DNA of 64,000 nt from Anaerolineae bacterium (GTDB taxonomy: Bacteria; Chloroflexota; Anaerolineae; CG2-30-64-16). Made by a program: the position numbers and the translations under genes. The notes beneath the pieces were generated by a model. That model searched no databases, had not been told where the DNA came from, and was given only the letters and a program-made list of their open reading frames with translations. The stretch's first letter is position 1. Each line of letters begins with the position of its first letter. Below are positions 58,204-64,000 of the stretch, in pieces. The stretch covers positions 16,459-80,458 of the forward strand of contig JBBQRS010000003.1 in NCBI GenBank assembly GCA_038214535.1. The letters are read 5' to 3'.

Positions 58204-58591
58204 ACGCAAGATCCGTGTGTTGATCGCCAAACCGGGGCTGGACGGCCACGATCGCGGCGCAAAAGTTGTGGCGCGCGCGCTGCGCGACGCGGGGATGGAA
58301 GTGATCTATACGGGCATCCGCCAGACCCCGGAAATGATCGCAGAAGCCGCCCTGCAAGAAGACGTGGATGTCGTCGGCCTATCGGTGCTTTCCGGCGCGC
58401 ACATGTCGCTTTGCCCGCGCATCATCGAGCAGTTGCGCGCGCAGGGCCTCGGCGATGTGCCGGTTCTGTTGGGCGGCATCGTGCCCGAAGAGGACCTGGC
58501 GCGCCTCCAGGCGATCGGTATCCGCGCCGTGTTTGGGCCGGGCGCCAACACACAGGATATCGTGAGTTATATCCGGCAGGCCGTCCGCTGA
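58184..58591 (+). CDS. methylmalonyl-CoA mutase small subunit-like cobalamin-binding domain protein
   Basis: [35 protein letters not shown] with the DxHxxG base-off/His-on B12 motif; 135 aa; start overlaps the end of the previous gene by 20 nt. Confidence 0.8.
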   Translation: MSRPMNERKIRVLIAKPGLDGHDRGAKVVARALRDAGMEVIYTGIRQTPEMIAEAALQEDVDVVGLSVLSGAHMSLCPRIIEQLRAQGLGDVPVLLGGIVPEEDLARLQAIGIRAVFGPGANTQDIVSYIRQAVR

Positions 58592-58608
58592 TTAAAGGCA
58601 CACCTAGA

Positions 58609-59610
58609 TTGCACCCTTTAGCTGAAGGCATTCGGGTGGGGAACCGCCGTGCGCTCGCCCGGGCGATTTCGCTGGTTGAGGACGATCAACCTGAAGGCCC
58701 GCAAATTCTGTCCGATTTGTATGCGCACACCGGGCGCGCCCACGTCATCGGCGTCACCGGCTCACCGGGCGCCGGCAAGTCAACCCTCGTGAACGCGCTG
58801 GCAAGGTCTTATCGCGCCGCCGGCTTGACGGTAGGCGTCATCGCCGTGGACCCCAGCAGCCCGTTCTCTGGGGGGGCGCTGTTGGGCGACCGGATTCGGA
58901 TGCGCGATCTGACGGGAGACCCCGGTGTCTTCATTCGCAGCATGGCGTCGCGGGGCAGTCTGGGCGGGCTGGCGCGCGCTACCTTCGACGTGGTTCAGTT
59001 GATGGACGCCGCCGGGTTCGACCGTATCCTGGTCGAGACGGTCGGCGCGGGCCAGGCAGAGGTGGAAATTGCCGAGGCCGCGCACACGACCATTGTGGTG
59101 GAAGCGCCGGGCATGGGCGATGAGGTGCAAACCTTCAAGGCCGGCCTGCTGGAGATTGCCGACATCTTGGTCGTGAACAAGGCCGACCGCAGCGACGTTG
59201 ACCGGACGGTGCTGGCCCTTCAGGCGATGCAGTCGTTGGGATCTGCGGCTGCTGCGCATCATCATCTGACGGTGGATGAGAGGCCGGGGCCGGGCCGTCA
59301 ACCGGATGGCTCTTGGTTGCCGCCCATTGTTAAGACTGTCGCCGCGGAGGGCCGCGGCATTGAGACTGTGCGCGGCTGGGCGGAGGAACATGCCCGTTAT
59401 TTGCGAGAGACGAACGGCTACGCGCGGCATGAGGGTCAGCGCGCCGCCGCTTCGATCCGCCATATCCTCTATGAACGCTTGCCGGCGATGCTCCTGGCGC
59501 GCTTGCCGGAAGGCTACTGGGAACGTATGATTCGCGATGTGGTTAACCGCGATGTGGCGCCCCACGCCGCAGTGGATGCGTTGTTGCGCGCGGGGAACTG
59601 GTTGGGCTAA
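58609..59610 (+). CDS. meaB: methylmalonyl-CoA mutase-associated GTPase MeaB/ArgK
   Basis: GVTGSPGAGKSTLVNAL P-loop, VIAVDPSSPFSGGALLGDRIRM, NKADR; start uncertain (TTG 58609 chosen; in-frame ORF extends upstream through the B12 gene in another frame). Confidence 0.75.
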   Translation: MHPLAEGIRVGNRRALARAISLVEDDQPEGPQILSDLYAHTGRAHVIGVTGSPGAGKSTLVNALARSYRAAGLTVGVIAVDPSSPFSGGALLGDRIRMRDLTGDPGVFIRSMASRGSLGGLARATFDVVQLMDAAGFDRILVETVGAGQAEVEIAEAAHTTIVVEAPGMGDEVQTFKAGLLEIADILVVNKADRSDVDRTVLALQAMQSLGSAAAAHHHLTVDERPGPGRQPDGSWLPPIVKTVAAEGRGIETVRGWAEEHARYLRETNGYARHEGQRAAASIRHILYERLPAMLLARLPEGYWERMIRDVVNRDVAPHAAVDALLRAGNWLG

Positions 59611-59640
59611 ATTTTCCGGCATCGGATTGCCTGTGACACG

Positions 59641-60690
59641 ATGAAAACGCTGATTATTCAAAATCCATCATCCGGCGTTCGGACGCTCAGCGATGAGCTG
59701 AGTCGGGTCCCGGAGGTATTGGCGGTCCAGGGATGGGAAGTTGCCGCCATCAAGACAACGCGCGGGCGCAGCGACGCGACGACGTATGCGCGCGAGGCCG
59801 CAGCAGAGGGCTATGACGTGGTGCTGGTGGCCGGCGGCGACGGCACGATTGCCGAGGCGATAGACGGCCTGGTGGGGACGGAGACGGCGCTGGCGATTCT
59901 GCCCGGCGGCACGGGCAACGTCATGGCGCGCCAGCTCAACCTGCCGGTTCCGGGCGCGTTTCAGGGGAACGCGCTGCTTCAGGCGGCCCGCCTGAACATG
60001 AAAGGGCAAATCCGTGCGGTGGATGTGGGGCGCATGAGCTTCCCCTCGGGCAGTGCGCTGTCGCGCCATTTCCTGTGTTGGGGCGGCGTGGGCTTTGACG
60101 CCGAGTTCAATCAGCAGTTCAACCGGGATCGAGATTTGAAACGCCGGCTGGGCCTGGGCGCGATGGCCGTTGCGATGTATTACACGCTGCGCGACTTCGC
60201 CGGTACGGGCGCGATGGTCCGGGTGGACGGCAAGGTCGTCAGCCGGCGGTTGTTGATGCTTTCGGCCAGCAACATCCAGATTTACGGCATTGTGTTCAAG
60301 ATGACTCCTGAGGCGCTACTCGATGATGGGCTTCTGGATATCGTCTGTTTTCAAGGCAGCCGCCCCATTCGGATGATCGCACATCTGAGCGAGATTCTGG
60401 TTAATCAACACGTGCGCGATCCCCAGGTAGACATCTTTCAGGCGCAACGCGTGGAGGTCGTCACGACGCGGCCCTTGCCCGTGCACGTGGACGGCGATTA
60501 TATCGGTGAGACGCCGGTCGTGATTGATGTTGTGCCCCGCGCCCTGAAGCTGGTTGTGCCCGGCTCGGCGTCGCCCGATCTCTTTGTGGATCCATCGGGG
60601 ATGCCGCCGACGGAAAACCCGATGGATCGGATGGTTCGCATGGCCCGTGGCGCGCAAACAGCGATCATCGAGAGGAGCCGTCACCTATGA
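59641..60690 (+). CDS. diacylglycerol kinase catalytic-domain family lipid kinase (YegS/BmrU-like)
   Basis: VVLVAGGDGTIAEAIDGLVGTETALAILPGGTGNVMARQL DAGK_cat signature. Confidence 0.75.
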   Translation: MKTLIIQNPSSGVRTLSDELSRVPEVLAVQGWEVAAIKTTRGRSDATTYAREAAAEGYDVVLVAGGDGTIAEAIDGLVGTETALAILPGGTGNVMARQLNLPVPGAFQGNALLQAARLNMKGQIRAVDVGRMSFPSGSALSRHFLCWGGVGFDAEFNQQFNRDRDLKRRLGLGAMAVAMYYTLRDFAGTGAMVRVDGKVVSRRLLMLSASNIQIYGIVFKMTPEALLDDGLLDIVCFQGSRPIRMIAHLSEILVNQHVRDPQVDIFQAQRVEVVTTRPLPVHVDGDYIGETPVVIDVVPRALKLVVPGSASPDLFVDPSGMPPTENPMDRMVRMARGAQTAIIERSRHL

Positions 60691-61739
60691 AATGGATCAA
60701 TATCCTCTTTATCTTTGCTCCGATTGCGATCCTGGGCGAATTGCTCGGCTGGTCGCCGAATCTCTTGTTCATCACCTCGGCATTGGCGATTATCCCGACC
60801 GCCGGCTTGTTGGGGCAGGCGACCGAGGAATTGGCCGTGCGCACCGGGCCGCGCGTCGGCGGCCTGCTCAACGCGACGCTGGGCAACGCCGCGGAACTCA
60901 TCATCACGATCTTCGCGATTCGCGCCGGGCTGTTGGATCTGGTCAAGGCGTCTATCACCGGCTCCATCATCGGCAACATCTTGCTGGTGATGGGGGCGAG
61001 CATTCTGGTTGGCGGCCTCAAGAACGGGAAGCAACATTTCAACCGTACTGAGGCCGGCGTCAACGCGACCCAGTTGCTCCTTTCCGTGTTGGCGCTGGCG
61101 ATCCCGTCTCTCTTTTTCTTCGCTCACACCGAAAACTACGGCCCGGTCGAGTGGCTGAGTCTGGGTACGGCGGTCGCGATGCTGCTGATTTACATCCTGG
61201 GACTCCTGTTTGTCTTTCGGAACGGCGATACGCATGCCGCGGCGGCTCAGGAGGTGGAACACGGCAATGGCGCGCCCTGGCCGCTCAGGAAATCATTGGT
61301 AGTGCTGGGGATCGCGACGGTTCTGATTGCCGTGCTGAGCGAGGTTCTCGTGGGCGGTGTGGAGCACATTGCCGAGACCATGCACATCTCCGAGTTCTTC
61401 ATCGGCATCATCGTGGTGCCGTTGGTGGGCAACGTGGCCGAACATATGGTCGCCGTGCAGGCCGCCTACAAGAACAAGATGGATCTGAGCATGGCCGTCT
61501 CGCTCGGCTCCAGCCTCCAAATTGCGCTCTTTGTCGCGCCCGTGCTGGTGTTTCTCAGTCTGCTGATGGGCAATCCGCTGACTCTGGTCTTCAACCAGTT
61601 CGAGATCATCGCCCTGTTCGGCGGCACGTTGATCGCCGCGTTCGTGGCCCTCGACGGCGAATCGAACTGGCTGGAGGGCGCGCAATTACTCGCCCTCTAC
61701 GTCGTGCTGGCGATGGCCTTCTTCTTCCTGAGGGTATGA
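60687..61739 (+). CDS. Ca2+/H+ antiporter, CaCA family (ChaA/CAX-like)
   Basis: Two alpha-repeat motifs GNAAELIITIFAIRAG and GNVAEHMVAVQAAYKNKMD; ATG overlaps the upstream stop (ATGA). Confidence 0.8.
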   Translation: MKWINILFIFAPIAILGELLGWSPNLLFITSALAIIPTAGLLGQATEELAVRTGPRVGGLLNATLGNAAELIITIFAIRAGLLDLVKASITGSIIGNILLVMGASILVGGLKNGKQHFNRTEAGVNATQLLLSVLALAIPSLFFFAHTENYGPVEWLSLGTAVAMLLIYILGLLFVFRNGDTHAAAAQEVEHGNGAPWPLRKSLVVLGIATVLIAVLSEVLVGGVEHIAETMHISEFFIGIIVVPLVGNVAEHMVAVQAAYKNKMDLSMAVSLGSSLQIALFVAPVLVFLSLLMGNPLTLVFNQFEIIALFGGTLIAAFVALDGESNWLEGAQLLALYVVLAMAFFFLRV

Positions 61740-62980
61740 GCGTGCCGACACCCATCATCCACAGCATTGCCGAGGTCACCGCGTACATCAAGGCGCGCTT
61801 CGAAGAGGACGAATTGTTGCGCGATGTGTGGCTGACGGGCGAGATCTCCAACTTCAAGCAGCACACCTCCGGTCATTGCTATCTCACGCTCAAGGATGAA
61901 ACGACCAGCATCAAGGCGATCATCTGGCGGACGACGGCAGCGCGCTTGGTCTTGCCGCGCGACGGCGACGCTGTGATCGTCCGCGGGTACATCTCCGTTT
62001 ATGAACCGCAAGGCGCGTACCAGTTCTACATTAACCACCTCGAACCCGCCGGTCTGGGTCGGCTGTGGGTGGAGTTCGAGCGGCTGCGCGCCCGGCTTTT
62101 GGAAGAGGGGTTGTTCGACGAGGCGCGTAAACGCCCGCTGCCCGTCCTGCCGATGCGGGTCGGCGTGGTGACGTCGCCCACGGGCGCGGCGCTGCGCGAC
62201 ATTCTCCGGACGCTGGCCGCGCGCTTCTCCCTGCTTGAGGTGATCGTTGCGCCTGCGGTCGTGCAGGGTGCCGCCGCGCCGCTGAGTATTGTGGCCGCGA
62301 TTCGGGCGCTGAACCGGTGGATGGCCGAATATGGGCGGCTGGATGCGATCATCCTGGCGCGCGGTGGCGGCTCGATCGAGGAACTGTGGGCCTTCAATGA
62401 TGAGCGCGTCGCGCGCGCCGTGGCCGAATCGCTCGCCCCGATTGTGACCGGCGTTGGCCACGAAACCGATTTCACCATTGTAGATTTTGTCGCCGACCGG
62501 CGCGCGCCCACCCCCACAGGCGCGGCCATGCTGGTTGCGCCGGACGCCCGCGAATTGCGTGATAGCGTCGGCGGCCTGGCCGCTGCCGCGACGGCGCGCA
62601 TGGCCGACCGACTGGCCGCTCAACGCGCCAACCGTGACACCCTGGCGCGCCGGCTCGAACGCAGTTCCCCGGCGCTGCGGCTGGCGGCCAACCGGCAGCG
62701 GGTGGATGACCTGACCCGGCGCAGCGAACTGGCGATCATGCATCGGCTGGCGACCCTGGGCGAACGGTTGGCGGGTCGATCCCTGCGCATGACGGCCTTG
62801 CACCCGCAACAGGTTCTGGCGCGCGGCTATGCGATCGTGACCAGGCTGCCCGAAAACGAAGTTGTGACGATGACCTATCAGGTGACGCGCGGGGATGCGT
62901 TGCGCGTCCGGGTGTCCGACGGCAGTTTCACCGCAGATGTCTCCGATGGCGATCATCCCCGCGGAAAAAGTGAGAAATGA
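61736..62980 (+). CDS. xseA: exodeoxyribonuclease VII large subunit
   Basis: N-terminal OB fold (VWLTGEISNFKQHTSGHCYLTLKD) and catalytic region GVVTSPTGAALRDIL...ARGGGSIEELWAFNDE; start at MSVPTPIIHS overlapping the CaCA stop. Confidence 0.8.
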   Translation: MSVPTPIIHSIAEVTAYIKARFEEDELLRDVWLTGEISNFKQHTSGHCYLTLKDETTSIKAIIWRTTAARLVLPRDGDAVIVRGYISVYEPQGAYQFYINHLEPAGLGRLWVEFERLRARLLEEGLFDEARKRPLPVLPMRVGVVTSPTGAALRDILRTLAARFSLLEVIVAPAVVQGAAAPLSIVAAIRALNRWMAEYGRLDAIILARGGGSIEELWAFNDERVARAVAESLAPIVTGVGHETDFTIVDFVADRRAPTPTGAAMLVAPDARELRDSVGGLAAAATARMADRLAAQRANRDTLARRLERSSPALRLAANRQRVDDLTRRSELAIMHRLATLGERLAGRSLRMTALHPQQVLARGYAIVTRLPENEVVTMTYQVTRGDALRVRVSDGSFTADVSDGDHPRGKSEK

Positions 62981-63222
62981 CAGGAGTCAGCATGACGAAC
63001 CAGGTTGCGCTTTCGTTTGAAAAGCTCTATCAGGAGTTGGAAGAGGCTGTGCGTCGTCTCGAAACCGGTGAGATGAGCCTCGAAGATTCGCTTGCGCTGT
63101 TCGAGCGTGCGTCGCAACTGGCCGAACAATGCAATGCGCTGCTGGATCAGGCCGAGTTACGCGTGCAACGGCTGGTAGACCGCCCCGATGGCGGCCTGGA
63201 CGTTGCACCGTTTGACGATTGA
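62977..63222 (+). CDS. xseB: exodeoxyribonuclease VII small subunit
   Basis: FEKLYQELEEAVRRLETGEMSLEDSLALFERASQLAEQCNALLDQAELRVQRL typical XseB; overlaps the xseA stop. Confidence 0.75.
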   Translation: MTGVSMTNQVALSFEKLYQELEEAVRRLETGEMSLEDSLALFERASQLAEQCNALLDQAELRVQRLVDRPDGGLDVAPFDD

Positions 63223-63347
63223 CCGGGGCCGACCGGCGCGGCTCCGATAGAAATGAACTTGCGGGTCGGGCTTCACGGCGAAGATTGCCGTGGCGGCCCG
63301 ATTCTGCACTCTGAGGTGCTCAATTGTTTAACATCAGATCGGGAAGT

Positions 63348-64000
63348 ATGATCTTCCTCGCGCTAGTGATTGCGCTGGCGGCGCTGGCCGGGTGCAGCGG
63401 CGACCTTGCTGCGCCTGCGCCAACGCCGACGGGCGAAATTCTGGCGGCGGCTCTGCCGGATACCCCGACGAGCGCGCCGCCCACGGCGACGACCCAACCG
63501 CCCACCGCAACGGTCGAACCGACCGCCACAGCGATGAGCACGGCGACTCTACCCCCAACGCAGACCGCGTCGCCGTTCCCCACGCTGACCCTGACGCAGA
63601 CGGTAGCCGCATCGCCCACCCTCACGCTGACAGTTGTGGTGGCGTCTGCATCCACCACAGCAATATCTGCGCGCGTCGCCGAAGGGCGTTGGTTGCAACG
63701 CATCGGCGATTGCGATGGCGCGCGACGTGTGCTGGCCGATTTTCTCAGCAACGCGCCCGCGCCGCTTGACGCGGCCGAGGCGCGTTATGCCCTGGCGCAA
63801 TGCTATCTGCGAGACGGGGCGACTGTGGAGGCCGTGACCGTGCTGACCCAGTTACGTGAAACCGCGCCGCAGGATAGCCTCTTCCGTGATCCGGCCCTGT
63901 TCCTCCTCGGTGAGGCGCAATCGAGCCTGGGGCAGTGGAGTGAGGCGGAGGCCAGTTACACGGCCTATCAACCTGCCGCGCCCGAGCTTGCCTCGCTAGT
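63348..64000 (+). CDS. lipoprotein with Pro/Thr-rich linker and TPR-like C-terminal region (3' end outside window)
   Basis: MIFLALVIALAALAGCSGD lipobox, PT-rich spacer, then helical repeats (AEARYALAQCYLRDG...); open to the window end so absent from the ORF track. Confidence 0.5.
   Translation, partial: MIFLALVIALAALAGCSGDLAAPAPTPTGEILAAALPDTPTSAPPTATTQPPTATVEPTATAMSTATLPPTQTASPFPTLTLTQTVAASPTLTLTVVVASASTTAISARVAEGRWLQRIGDCDGARRVLADFLSNAPAPLDAAEARYALAQCYLRDGATVEAVTVLTQLRETAPQDSLFRDPALFLLGEAQSSLGQWSEAEASYTAYQPAAPELASL

Overview
This is a high-GC (~65%) bacterial chromosomal segment whose gene content and architecture fit Chloroflexota; that assignment is an inference, not a verified identification. 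Nearly every base is in genes, and overlapping antisense ORFs in the six-frame track are treated as GC artefacts. Main content on the plus strand: a partial amino-acid ABC ATPase, plsY, rubrerythrin, a glpK-glpABC glycerol/anaerobic G3P dehydrogenase operon, a ketopantoate-reductase-family gene and an EamA transporter. A membrane protein is divergently paired with a stand-alone CHAT-domain protease, followed by corA with a ~310-nt leader, then murE. The centre holds two divergently transcribed complex I gene sets. The plus-strand set is complete (nuoA, B, a fused CD, a fused EF, G, H, I, J, K, L, M, N). The minus-strand set has only membrane-arm subunits (nuoA, H, J, K, L, M, N) and ends with a small zinc-ribbon membrane protein and murE. 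Downstream is the candidate undescribed system: a tightly coupled operon of a DEDDh 3'-5' exonuclease, a 446-aa protein with a Pol-beta-type nucleotidyltransferase motif, and a 1187-aa fusion of OppB-like and OppC-like ABC permease domains with an extra TM helix and a possibly degenerate M28 peptidase domain. It sits convergent to a full opp-type peptide ABC importer with three paralogous lipoprotein binding proteins. The window ends with an LPXTG-anchored DUF4397 protein, an AcnX-like gene translationally overlapped with a methylmalonyl-CoA mutase B12-binding subunit plus MeaB, and a DAG-kinase/CaCA/xseA/xseB operon with a partial TPR lipoprotein. Two interspersed non-coding element families occur: a ~45-66-bp palindrome in five copies and a ~55-nt conserved non-palindromic motif in two copies. 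No rRNA, tRNA, CRISPR array or obvious transposase/integrase was recognised by eye.
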